64,000 nt of DNA from the IMG/VR virus record IMGVR_UViG_3300045972_000140, positions 62,687 to 126,686 of that record; one strand, given 5' to 3'. The DNA comes from a virus. Within the stretch, counting starts at the first letter, position 1; each line of letters begins with the position of its first letter. Positions 1 through 9,033 of this stretch are shown here, in pieces. The position numbers were made by a program, and so were the translations under genes. The notes under the pieces were generated by a model that made no database searches, was not told the DNA's origin, and was given only the letters and a program-made list of their open reading frames with translations.

Positions 1-2
1 TT

Positions 3-182
3 ATTGATAATATTAACGACACAGTTATGCCGGACGGAACTGTATTCCCAGAAAAGCAAGCTGTATCTACTGTAGTAAAACAAAAAGTTGATTTGTACGC
101 GCAACGTAAGAAAGATACAACAACTAAAGAAAAAGCAAGATCTAAGATTGCAGATGATCGAGCTAAGAAGAAACCTAACTAA
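3..182 (+). CDS. 3' end of a gene entering the window, probably a neck/head-completion protein (gp14-like)
   Basis: Frame 3 is open from the window edge: IDNINDTVMPDGTVFPEKQAVSTVVKQKVDLY...KKKPN*, TAA at 180-182. The product call rests only on synteny with the downstream gp15-like gene. Confidence 0.5.
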   Translation: MDNINDTVMPDGTVFPEKQAVSTVVKQKVDLYAQRKKDTTTKEKARSKIADDRAKKKPN

Positions 183-196
183 GCGAGGCATCCAAA

Positions 197-1672
197 ATAG
201 ATTTTTTTTACGATAGTCAAGTAAGACGTTACTTATTACAATTTATGCGGATATTCTCTGACATAAAAGTCAGGAATGGCCCCGATGCTAACGGACTCTA
301 CACTGTCACTCGTATACCAATTGTATACGGCGATCCGTCGTGGGTTGTTGCACAACTTATCAAAGGTGGCAGCGAAAATACATTAATGCCGGCACCTATG
401 TTTAGCGCATACATAGATAATATTAAGATGGTACCAGATCGCAGACAAGATACTCAATTTGTTAGTAAGATGTCTACGGTAGAAAGAAATGTACAAGGTC
501 TATCAAATAGTCTGTGCGACGATAACCAAAATCCTACATATGGTAGTCAACCGGGATTTAGATACGATGTAGATCGATATATGCCTGTGCCCTACGACAT
601 AACATTCAAATTAGATTGCTGGACAACAAATACAACAAACAAATTGCAAGTCTTCGAACAGATTAGTACAGTATTTAATCCATCGATACAATTGCAGCAA
701 AATAGCAACCTTCTAGACTGGACAAGCATCTTCGAAGTATGGATGGAAGATTTTACTTGGACAAATCGCTCTGTACCGCAAGGCGGAGAAGCAGAGCGTG
801 ATGTAATGAGTTGGAAATTTAAGGTACAGGCATGGATTAATCCTCCTGCCAAAGTTAAACGTAGTTCCCTTATCGCTGAAATTGTTACAAACGTGTTCAG
901 TGATATTGATGTGGGGTTAGCTGCCGCAACTATAGACAGTAATGAATATGATGTATTTAGGACTTGTTTTGAAGGCATACCAATGCAAATTATTACAACA
1001 GAAGGCAATTATAAGATTTCTGTTACATTGAACGGTACACAAAACGAAATCGTATTACTGAACCAATATGGGCAAGAAGATCCATTGCTGAACTGGCAAA
1101 GCCTTATACAAAAGTACGGGCAGATTACCCCTAATATCACCAAAATTAGGCTTAAATTAGACCCTAACATCGAAGTAAGCGATTCTGACATTATAGGCAG
1201 TATTACACAAGATCCTGCACGTCAAAATGTACTGTTTTTCGTACCCGATGTGGACACAATGCCTGCAAGTACGATTCCGCCCATTAACGATATTATTGAC
1301 CCAACTGAAGTCACGCCGGGCGATGGTCTCCCTATTGCAGCCGTTGGTCAACGATATCTCCTAACATCGAGCGATAGTGCAGGTGAAGAAACTGCTATAC
1401 CTGCTGGTGTAACTACTAGTCCGTGGGGCCCTAATATCATTGCATATCCTAACGATGTTATCGAGTTTAACGGCGGTAGCTGGAAGGTCATCTTTGATTC
1501 TAAGAACTCGACAGGGTTAAATTATGTAGTAAATAATTCAAATGGCATACAATATACATTTGACGGTAAGAATTGGCACTACACATACCTAGGTATCTAC
1601 AGCCCGGGATACTGGAGAATCGATAATATTATTTCAGCGCCAAATGGAACTACAGTCAACCAATACGACTGA
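197..1672 (+). CDS. Tail terminator / tail sheath stabilizer (T4 gp15-like) with C-terminal extension; probable ATA start at 197
   Basis: gp15-like motifs RIPIVYGD, MPVPYDITFKLDCWTTNTTNKLQVFEQISTVFNPS and WINPPAKVK. The in-frame upstream sequence reads (I)DFFYDSQVRRYLLQFMRIFS, a typical gp15 N-terminus, with GAGG at 185-188. Confidence 0.8.
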   Translation: MDFFYDSQVRRYLLQFMRIFSDIKVRNGPDANGLYTVTRIPIVYGDPSWVVAQLIKGGSENTLMPAPMFSAYIDNIKMVPDRRQDTQFVSKMSTVERNVQGLSNSLCDDNQNPTYGSQPGFRYDVDRYMPVPYDITFKLDCWTTNTTNKLQVFEQISTVFNPSIQLQQNSNLLDWTSIFEVWMEDFTWTNRSVPQGGEAERDVMSWKFKVQAWINPPAKVKRSSLIAEIVTNVFSDIDVGLAAATIDSNEYDVFRTCFEGIPMQIITTEGNYKISVTLNGTQNEIVLLNQYGQEDPLLNWQSLIQKYGQITPNITKIRLKLDPNIEVSDSDIIGSITQDPARQNVLFFVPDVDTMPASTIPPINDIIDPTEVTPGDGLPIAAVGQRYLLTSSDSAGEETAIPAGVTTSPWGPNIIAYPNDVIEFNGGSWKVIFDSKNSTGLNYVVNNSNGIQYTFDGKNWHYTYLGIYSPGYWRIDNIISAPNGTTVNQYD

Positions 1673-1702
1673 AGATAGATCTATTTTGTTGATATATACA
1701 TT

Positions 1703-2149
1703 ATGGACAACATAGATCAAAACAAGATGGGTGTAGGGGCATTAATTGTCTCAGTAAAAACCAGCAGGGTTCTTTTAAATATGAGAGCCCCGCATAAAAC
1801 GCACGCACTCCAATGGTCGTTGTTTGGCGGTATGGTTGAAAAGAATGAACAACCTAAAGATGCATTACTACGCGAACTTAGCGAAGAAATGAATTTTATT
1901 CCCGACATCGAAAAAATTTACCCGTTTGATGTGTATCAAAGCAAAGATAAACATTTCAAATACTATAGTTTTATATGTATTGTAATGGATGAATTTGTTC
2001 CTGAACTTAATCACGAAAATTGCGGATACGCCTGGATAGATGTAGGTGTTTGGCCTAGACCAATGCACCAAGGTGCAAGAATAAGTTTCTGTAATTTAAA
2101 AGCAGAAGAACGAATTAGAATGATTTTAAATCAGCATCCGATAGCATAG
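1703..2149 (+). CDS. NUDIX hydrolase
   Basis: Nudix box GGMVEKNEQPKDALLRELSEEMN (GX5EX7REUXEE). Confidence 0.9.
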   Translation: MDNIDQNKMGVGALIVSVKTSRVLLNMRAPHKTHALQWSLFGGMVEKNEQPKDALLRELSEEMNFIPDIEKIYPFDVYQSKDKHFKYYSFICIVMDEFVPELNHENCGYAWIDVGVWPRPMHQGARISFCNLKAEERIRMILNQHPIA

Positions 2150-2789
2150 GCACTGCACCGCGGTATGTACTAAGTTCGTACCACTTCTTCATTTCTTTAG
2201 TAATATCTCTATTAGAATCAATAAATATTTTATGTACATCTTGACGACGATGATGTTGTTTATCGTGCTGTACCCAATAATATCCGTTAATCGGCACGCA
2301 TAGAGCGCCATTATTGTATGCCGCATCTGTACGCATTAGCCATTCTATTGTCCCACGTATACCTGAACTATTGGCAAGATCAATACACCTAGATGTTATA
2401 CATTTTGTATTGAATGCAGTCATATGGTGTACTATTTGTGGATTAAGCGGAAACTGATCATATTTAACTTTTTTCTCACCTAATTCTTGTCTACCATCTT
2501 TATATACTTTTGTTTCATATGTATAAACAACGCCTGGTTGATATTTACGCATTGCCTCTAATACATAATGCAGGCTGTCTTTAGGAATATAATCATCATC
2601 ATCAACAAATACAACTATATCATTTAATTTAATTGCATCATATCTAGCATATGCTAGTTTTTCTGGTTCTTTTAATTCTATTATTTCGTGTTTGCACCCG
2701 GCGGGTAGGGCATCCTTGACAGATTGAATGCACTTAGATATATCTCTATTCCAATCTGGGTTAGTGTGAGTTATTACTGTTAAATTCAT
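2115..2789 (-). CDS. Glycosyltransferase, GT2/GT-A fold
   Basis: N-terminal LTVIT strand, 'CIQSV', and VVFVDDDDY DxD motif. Confidence 0.75.
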   Translation of the reverse strand: MNLTVITHTNPDWNRDISKCIQSVKDALPAGCKHEIIELKEPEKLAYARYDAIKLNDIVVFVDDDDYIPKDSLHYVLEAMRKYQPGVVYTYETKVYKDGRQELGEKKVKYDQFPLNPQIVHHMTAFNTKCITSRCIDLANSSGIRGTIEWLMRTDAAYNNGALCVPINGYYWVQHDKQHHRRQDVHKIFIDSNRDITKEMKKWYELSTYRGAVPMLSDADLKSF

Positions 2790-2805
2790 TATTATATTTA
2801 GTCAC

Positions 2806-2831
2806 AAAAAAGCCCCTTGCGGGGCTTTTTT
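2806..2831. terminator. Bidirectional intrinsic terminator after the major capsid gene
   Basis: AAAAAAGCCCC-TTGC-GGGGCTTTTTT: GC stem flanked by A and T runs, just downstream of gp23. Confidence 0.9.
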
Positions 2832-2869
2832 ATTTGACTTGTCAAAGAGTTGCAAGCAACTCGGTTGGA

Positions 2870-4042
2870 TCAATAGAACTTCAATGTAGAAGAGTCGATA
2901 CCAACTTTAGACAAGTAATCCGCTGCGTTACCAAAGGAATTAGCTGTATTTGTAAGTTCCAAGTAACCGTAGCGTGTCATAAACGAAACTACTGGTTCAA
3001 ATGTTTGTGGATCCATAACTGGACCAACGCTCATCAATGGAATGTATGGGCAGTAGTATGCTGCTGCGTCTGTTTCTGTAGGACCCTTGTAGCCCATAAG
3101 AATAGCATCGCCATCAGCTGCGTACTGGTTAACATAAACGCGCATTGTGGAGTTCAATGTACCAACAAACTTTGTGTTTGTAGGTGCTTCGAATGTACCT
3201 TCTGTTGTACGTGCAAACGATGATGTTGTTGCAGACTGAAGAATTGTTAACGCTGTAGGCGAAACAACACACCAGTTAGCAGCACCACGACGTGTACGTG
3301 CAGCAATCAAGTTAGCCTGTTGGTTGATCATAACTGCAAGAGCAGCCATTTCGTCACCAACGTATGTAGCTGTACCAGAAACCGCAGCTTGGTTGAATGT
3401 TGTTGGTGCAACTGGAACTAACGAACCTAGTTTGAACAACATTTCTTGGTCGATTTCAACTGTAATTTCTTGTGCAAGAGCTTGCATAATTTCAGCTTCA
3501 ATGTCGATACCGTGGATTGCGTTTGCATCTTGTGCAGCTTCAAATGTCCAACGTGCAGATAACTTACGTGTCTTAGCTTCTACTGTCTCTTTCAAGATTT
3601 GGATGCTAAGTTTGTTACCTGGTACGCCTTCCATACGTGCTGTAGAAGCAGCGCCTGGATCAGCAACAACTTCATTACCCGAATATGCCTTAGCAATTTC
3701 GAATGGACCTAATGCTTCAGTACCAGCAGTAACGCCAGCTGCTGTGTTCGCATAACGAACGCGCAATGTATGGATTTGACCAACAGGGCCAGTCATAGGC
3801 TGAACGCCCATGATTTCGTTAGCGATAACAGTCGGCATAACACGACGGATAAGCGGTAACATTACCTTGTTAAGTACAGCGATATTACCCGCTTGTGTTG
3901 CACCTGCAGTAGCCGATTCAGCTAAGTATCTACGAGTGTTTTCAAACACTACGTCCATAGACTGACGACGGGTTCCTTTAAGGCCTTCTAAAAGGGCTTC
4001 TTTTGTAGCGCCCCAGTTTGATTCAAATAGCTTTGTTGCCAT
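2870..4042 (-). CDS. gp23: Major capsid protein (T4 gp23-like)
   Basis: LIRRVMPTVIANEIMGVQPMTGPVGQIHTLR, KTRKLSARWTFEAAQD, YCPYIPL, FEPVVSFMTRYG are gp23-family motifs. Confidence 0.97.
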   Translation of the reverse strand: MATKLFESNWGATKEALLEGLKGTRRQSMDVVFENTRRYLAESATAGATQAGNIAVLNKVMLPLIRRVMPTVIANEIMGVQPMTGPVGQIHTLRVRYANTAAGVTAGTEALGPFEIAKAYSGNEVVADPGAASTARMEGVPGNKLSIQILKETVEAKTRKLSARWTFEAAQDANAIHGIDIEAEIMQALAQEITVEIDQEMLFKLGSLVPVAPTTFNQAAVSGTATYVGDEMAALAVMINQQANLIAARTRRGAANWCVVSPTALTILQSATTSSFARTTEGTFEAPTNTKFVGTLNSTMRVYVNQYAADGDAILMGYKGPTETDAAAYYCPYIPLMSVGPVMDPQTFEPVVSFMTRYGYLELTNTANSFGNAADYLSKVGIDSSTLKFY

Positions 4043-4055
4043 TATATTCTCCTAT

Positions 4056-5174
4056 TTACTTTCTAATTCCGGCTAAGGATAAAATCTTTTGTAAGTCTGA
4101 CGTATCTTCAGATACTTCAGTTTGAGCGACCACCGCTCTGTCGCCTGACCTGGCCGACAATGTTGCTTCATTCAACTGCGTCTTTCCAGGCGCAGGTTTA
4201 CGTGCTTCAGCTTCATTTAGAACGCTAGGCAAGTACTTGTTGTACGAAGCCTGTAAATTCTTTGTCTGAACCGACTCAAGCAATTCCTTCATTACCCCGC
4301 GTTTGTCTTTCGACAACGGAGCAAGCAACTCATTCATAACTTTCTGTCTTACGACTAAGTCTTGTGATGCCTTAAGTTTTGTATCCATTGACTCAACTAA
4401 AGTCTTGCTCTTTTTAACAGTTTCCTGTAAAGCTTTCATTTGTTGATTCTTAGATTCAACTACCTTCTGCATTTTGCTGATTTCTGTACCTTCGTTAAGG
4501 TAAGAAGTCATAAATTCAGCAGCAACGCTTTCAAAAATCTTACGACCGAAGTCGTTTTCACGAGCAACGCGAATGTCTTCTTTGAACTGACTAATTTCAG
4601 TACGAAGAGTCTTCTCGATGTTTGACTCGATGATTTGTGCAGCACGCTTGATGAATTGTGTCTTTGTCTCTTGTAACTGTTGCTTGCCTTCTGTAACCAT
4701 CTTGACTTTCTGTTCAACTAAGGACTTCTTATCAATACGGAATTCACGAATTTCTTCTGCAAGTTGCTTCAACAAGAAATTTTCAAGTTTTGCGAAGTTT
4801 TCTTTCATCGCTTTCTTTTCAGAGTAAAACTCTTTCATTTCTCTTGCTACTGACTCAGTGATGAATTTGTTTAACATTCCAGTGTGTTCTGTTAGCTTGC
4901 TCTTATAAGCAATGCGTTCTTCGACAAGTTTTCTCTTGTCATCGGCGAATTCTTCAAGTTCAACGCGGACTTTGTCTGTTAAGAAACGATCCATTGATTC
5001 AACTAGGACGCCTTTGTCGTGTTCGAACTTACGTGCAAACTCTTCACGGAGTGTTGACGCAACTTCTTCACGGGCTTCAGCAATCTTAGATTCCCACAAA
5101 CCTACGATTTGTGTTCTAGTATCTTCGGATAATCCAACGCTTTCACTCAAGAGTTCATCTAATTTTTTTGCCAT
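4056..5174 (-). CDS. gp22: Prohead core scaffolding protein (gp22-like)
   Basis: Coiled-coil, Glu/Lys-rich protein lying between gp21 and gp23. Confidence 0.85.
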   Translation of the reverse strand: MAKKLDELLSESVGLSEDTRTQIVGLWESKIAEAREEVASTLREEFARKFEHDKGVLVESMDRFLTDKVRVELEEFADDKRKLVEERIAYKSKLTEHTGMLNKFITESVAREMKEFYSEKKAMKENFAKLENFLLKQLAEEIREFRIDKKSLVEQKVKMVTEGKQQLQETKTQFIKRAAQIIESNIEKTLRTEISQFKEDIRVARENDFGRKIFESVAAEFMTSYLNEGTEISKMQKVVESKNQQMKALQETVKKSKTLVESMDTKLKASQDLVVRQKVMNELLAPLSKDKRGVMKELLESVQTKNLQASYNKYLPSVLNEAEARKPAPGKTQLNEATLSARSGDRAVVAQTEVSEDTSDLQKILSLAGIRK

Positions 5175-5185
5175 CTTGAGTTCTC

Positions 5186-5827
5186 CTAAATTTTTAACTC
5201 TTGAATAAATCTCTGAAGGTCTTTGACAAGCTGTTTCTGTGCTGCGGCTTCAGTTAATGCTTCCCTTGCGGTTACCATTACTCTAGAGCCACCTCTCATG
5301 TTCATAAGACTTTCATATACTGTCCTCGGATACGCATTAGGAGCACTTGGTTGTGCAACGATGTCAACTGTTACAATTTCAAAATCTGAAACTGAACCGT
5401 CGTCACCAACGTTTCCGGAACCACGGGATGAAACCCCCAACTTTGCGCCCGACTTCAGCAATGTACTAATAATGCTACCCATCGGAGTTGGTACGATCTT
5501 CAACTTACCGTAACCATCTGCACCTTCCATCCACATCTCGGTGATAAGGTGACTAACGCGGTCAAGGTTAATAGAAAGCTCTTCCGGGTGGTCAAGCTCT
5601 CCCATAACTGATTGTCCGCTACTTAACTTTTCAGTAATAGTTTTAACTGCTTTAGCAATTTCTCTAGCAGGATAGACACGCTGGTTTTGGTTTCTTACGT
5701 CACCCTGGATAAAGATCCCTTTCATGCAGAGATCTTTACCACCAGACTTATTATCTTCTTCTAATAGAGTTACGTGTGCCTTATCAAAAGACAAGTACTC
5801 GTATAGTTTATTTGCCATAGTTGCCAC
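5186..5827 (-). CDS. gp21: Prohead protease (gp21-like)
   Basis: GIFIQGDVRNQNQRVYP, GELDHP, LGVSSRGSG, DIVAQPSAPNAY. Start is GTG 5827 or ATG 5818. Confidence 0.95.
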   Translation of the reverse strand: MATMANKLYEYLSFDKAHVTLLEEDNKSGGKDLCMKGIFIQGDVRNQNQRVYPAREIAKAVKTITEKLSSGQSVMGELDHPEELSINLDRVSHLITEMWMEGADGYGKLKIVPTPMGSIISTLLKSGAKLGVSSRGSGNVGDDGSVSDFEIVTVDIVAQPSAPNAYPRTVYESLMNMRGGSRVMVTAREALTEAAAQKQLVKDLQRFIQELKI

Positions 5828-5833
5828 TAATCC

Positions 5834-6880
5834 TTACGCTGGCTTCTTTGTTAATGGTGACTTGGAGAATCCGTCGCCTGCAACTTTTCCGCCTGTGTAC
5901 TTAGCTGTAGTATCGGCCTTAATACCGGAGTTCTTAGGAGTGATTTTTACATTGTCTGTAATTGTCTTGTCTGCCGCTGAATCACCGTTATATTTGCCGT
6001 ACTCACCACCAGAGCCGCCGTTGCCGCCGATCTTAGTTGGCTTACCGCCGTAGTCTTTACGTGCTGGAATAGATGTATATGGAGACTTGTTTTGTTCAGC
6101 ACCTAATGGTGTGTCTTTACCAGTTCCAACTAACTTAGCTGTACCGCGTTGACCTGTATCGGCTACTTTAGACAAAAATTGTGTTTCTTCGTCTACTTTC
6201 TTTTCGCCTTTCTTCTTAAGGTCACCCTTCTTAGCTTGTTTAGCTACTTCAAGTTTTTCTGCTTTCTTCTTTTCGTGAATACGTGCAACAACTTCGCCAA
6301 CGACTTGTTCGTCGCCGCCCATACCTGGCATTCCACCTGGTGCGCCGCCCATTTCATCATCGCCGCCGAATTCATCATCGCTGCCGAATTCATCTTCAAT
6401 GCCTTGTTCCATACCACCTAAGTCTGCGTGATTTGGCTCTTGCACTTCTTCGCCCATAAGTGCGTCAAATTCTGCACGAAGTTCAGCAAGTTGAGACTCT
6501 AGGTCTTCAACGCGATCTTCAACATCGCCTTCGCCCATTTCTTCGCCACCGAATTCATCTTCTGCGTCGTCATCGGCAAAATCATCTTCTGCATCACCGC
6601 CTTCTTCGTCGTCGCCTTCTGCTTCGCCGTCGTTTTCTTCGTCGGCATCAATTTCTGCTTCGTCGTCGGATATTTCTTTTGTAAAGTCTTTACTTGGATC
6701 GCCACCGACTTCGTCATCACTGCCAGCTTCTTCTTCGACATCGTCTTCTTCTGTAACAATGCTTTCGTAGATAGTTCTTGCTTTTTCAACGATAATCTGA
6801 TGGAGAATTTCAGCTGCCTGGTCGGAGTCTTCAGATAGTAATAGATCCAATACTCTTTCTAGCTTTTGTTGTTGTGACAT
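5834..6880 (-). CDS. Highly acidic prohead core / internal protein (gp67/gp68 position)
   Basis: D/E-rich low-complexity protein with a basic C-terminus in the head operon. ATG 6880 is preceded by GGGAGA. Confidence 0.6.
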   Translation of the reverse strand: MSQQQKLERVLDLLLSEDSDQAAEILHQIIVEKARTIYESIVTEEDDVEEEAGSDDEVGGDPSKDFTKEISDDEAEIDADEENDGEAEGDDEEGGDAEDDFADDDAEDEFGGEEMGEGDVEDRVEDLESQLAELRAEFDALMGEEVQEPNHADLGGMEQGIEDEFGSDDEFGGDDEMGGAPGGMPGMGGDEQVVGEVVARIHEKKKAEKLEVAKQAKKGDLKKKGEKKVDEETQFLSKVADTGQRGTAKLVGTGKDTPLGAEQNKSPYTSIPARKDYGGKPTKIGGNGGSGGEYGKYNGDSAADKTITDNVKITPKNSGIKADTTAKYTGGKVAGDGFSKSPLTKKPA

Positions 6881-7070
6881 GTATAATCTCCCTTGATTAA
6901 ATAAAGTTCCAATAACCATCTTAAATGGTATTAATGGTATTTAACTCAAAGAGGGAGAATGTGCGTGGATATGGCCGTAAAAGGCGGCTTTTTGTAAGTT
7001 TGTGTGACGCTGTATTTATTTAGTCTGGTATGTGCGCTCATAAACAACTGCTATAAGTTGTTATTAAGTA

Positions 7071-7298
7071 TTACATACCAGGAAGGCCGCCGCCTTCCGG
7101 TTCTGCTGATACGCCATACATATCTGGTAAGAAATTAACGTGCTGGGCTGTTTCAAATCGTTCTATGTCGCGTGCTTTTCTAAGTTTCTGTATGTGAACC
7201 ATAGTAAGGCGTGGGCGACGAGTATCATCCATTTGGGCAATGCCTAACTCGTCATCTGCAGGATTGTAGAATTCTACTAACATTTCTTTTGCTTTCAT
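7071..7298 (-). CDS. Small conserved head-region protein (MKAKEMLVEFYNPADD...RRPRLTMVHIQKLRK)
   Basis: ATG 7298 lies just after the portal stop; the longer track ORF overlaps the portal gene. Confidence 0.65.
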   Translation of the reverse strand: MKAKEMLVEFYNPADDELGIAQMDDTRRPRLTMVHIQKLRKARDIERFETAQHVNFLPDMYGVSAEPEGGGLPGM

Positions 7299-7311
7299 AT
7301 TAATATTTACC

Positions 7312-9033
7312 TTATTGAGAGCCAAAATTATCGACTTCTGCACCAGATGCACCACCTTGCATACCACCGGCATCAGCACCTGCTGCACCATCCATGTCGC
7401 CTTCTGGTGCCATTCCATCGATACCGGAACTAGTAATACCTACATCGGAAAGACCGGCTGCTGGCGAACCTACACCTTGTTGTGGTGCAAACGTCTTAGT
7501 AAGTCTACTACGTTCTTCCTTCCACATACGCTCGTTTTCTTCCATCTGTTGCTCTGTCCAAGCAAGATATGTTTTTAGTACAAATCGTTTAGAAATAAAA
7601 GGAACATCCATTAACGCCGTGAATGTGTTAATGCGTGCAGAATCTAGTTCAAGCTGACGATATTCACTAAACGATTGTGCAGGAGTAAATTTAAGATTGA
7701 ATAAACTGTTGTCAATGCTTACGCCGCGGTGCTTTAAGAATAACTTAAATTCATCATCGAGCGGTTCAATGACTTGCTGTTGATAACGTGTAACAACTTT
7801 AGAGAATCTAAATTCCTGAATAAATGCTGTACCTACCTTACCATCGTTTATTGTTGCTGTACCATCCTCTGGTCCAGTAGGAAGATACGAAGTAGGAACG
7901 CCTAACGCACGCATCATTTTATTATTGAAATAACGCAAGTCGTCAATATCGCCTAAGTTATCACCGCCCGGTAATGTTTCTACTTTAGATCCACGACCGT
8001 CGCTTGTTACAGCAAAGAAGTAATCTTCTAAGATAGACATTGGATTATATGTAGAGTCCATTACATTAGCGCCGCCGCCTGTGCGGCTAGGAATACGCTT
8101 TTGCTGAACTTCATACTTAACACGCTCTAGGTATTGCTGTGCTTTGTTAGGAGGCATTGTGCCTACGTCAATAAAGAACATACGACGCTCAGGTGCACGA
8201 TGTATACGATAGATTAGAATAGCGTCTTCTAGTAGTTCTTTCTGCTTGTAAACCTTATAAATTTGTTCTAAGATGCTTAGACCAAAGGGCCACGACGCAT
8301 TCATACCGTCAGTTAAGGAAATATGCACAATATGCTGTGCATCGACAGCCGTAGCACTACCGTCTTGATAGTTAGCTGTACCGCCACCGCCGAAGCCGCC
8401 CGAGACATAATTCATATTGCCCGTCATAGGAGGGGAGAATACAATACTATTAGATCCAAATGCAGATTGCGAAGCTTTATTTAATTGATTTGTTGCAACA
8501 AGACTCTTCATATTTAAGTCAATGTCTTTAACAAAATAGCTTTCTATCTTTTTGCCTTCGCTTTCGTTTACAATGACTTTTTCAACTTTAGCTGGATCAA
8601 TCCAGAAAAGTTCAAATGTCTCAGGATCGCGAATAAAGAATTGATCACCAAACACTAATGTAGAACGAAAAATTCTCCATAGTCGGCGACTTAATTTATT
8701 TACTCTAATCCATTGTCCTAGAGATTTCTCTAGAATTTGAACTTCAGAGGGAGTAGGATCATCATTATACTCGATTAACAGAGGAAGTTTTGTAATTTCA
8801 TCTGGATCAGTAGCAAAGTCAGCAATGGTATCCAGCGCCGCACTGATTTCGTGATCAAAGTTCATTTGATCGTAAACAGAATATCTTTGTAGTCTGTCTG
8901 GTGGCCCAGCATATACTTCTGGTAGCCAATTACTATATTTAGAAGTGGCGGTAAAAGTCGATGTACTATCGACTGCCCGTTGTTGTACAGGTAGCACCGA
9001 GTTAACAGGCTTAAAGAATTTTTTCCACGTCAT
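7312..9033 (-). CDS. gp20: Portal vertex protein (gp20-like)
   Basis: LLEDAILIYRIHRAPERRMFFIDVGTMP, LEDYFF, GSKVETLPGGDNLGDIDDLRYF. Confidence 0.97.
   Translation of the reverse strand: MTWKKFFKPVNSVLPVQQRAVDSTSTFTATSKYSNWLPEVYAGPPDRLQRYSVYDQMNFDHEISAALDTIADFATDPDEITKLPLLIEYNDDPTPSEVQILEKSLGQWIRVNKLSRRLWRIFRSTLVFGDQFFIRDPETFELFWIDPAKVEKVIVNESEGKKIESYFVKDIDLNMKSLVATNQLNKASQSAFGSNSIVFSPPMTGNMNYVSGGFGGGGTANYQDGSATAVDAQHIVHISLTDGMNASWPFGLSILEQIYKVYKQKELLEDAILIYRIHRAPERRMFFIDVGTMPPNKAQQYLERVKYEVQQKRIPSRTGGGANVMDSTYNPMSILEDYFFAVTSDGRGSKVETLPGGDNLGDIDDLRYFNNKMMRALGVPTSYLPTGPEDGTATINDGKVGTAFIQEFRFSKVVTRYQQQVIEPLDDEFKLFLKHRGVSIDNSLFNLKFTPAQSFSEYRQLELDSARINTFTALMDVPFISKRFVLKTYLAWTEQQMEENERMWKEERSRLTKTFAPQQGVGSPAAGLSDVGITSSGIDGMAPEGDMDGAAGADAGGMQGGASGAEVDNFGSQ

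Noticed and set aside
6340-6700. Short DNA repeats such as ccgaattcatcatcg
   Set aside because: Explained by the low-complexity DDEFGG protein sequence.
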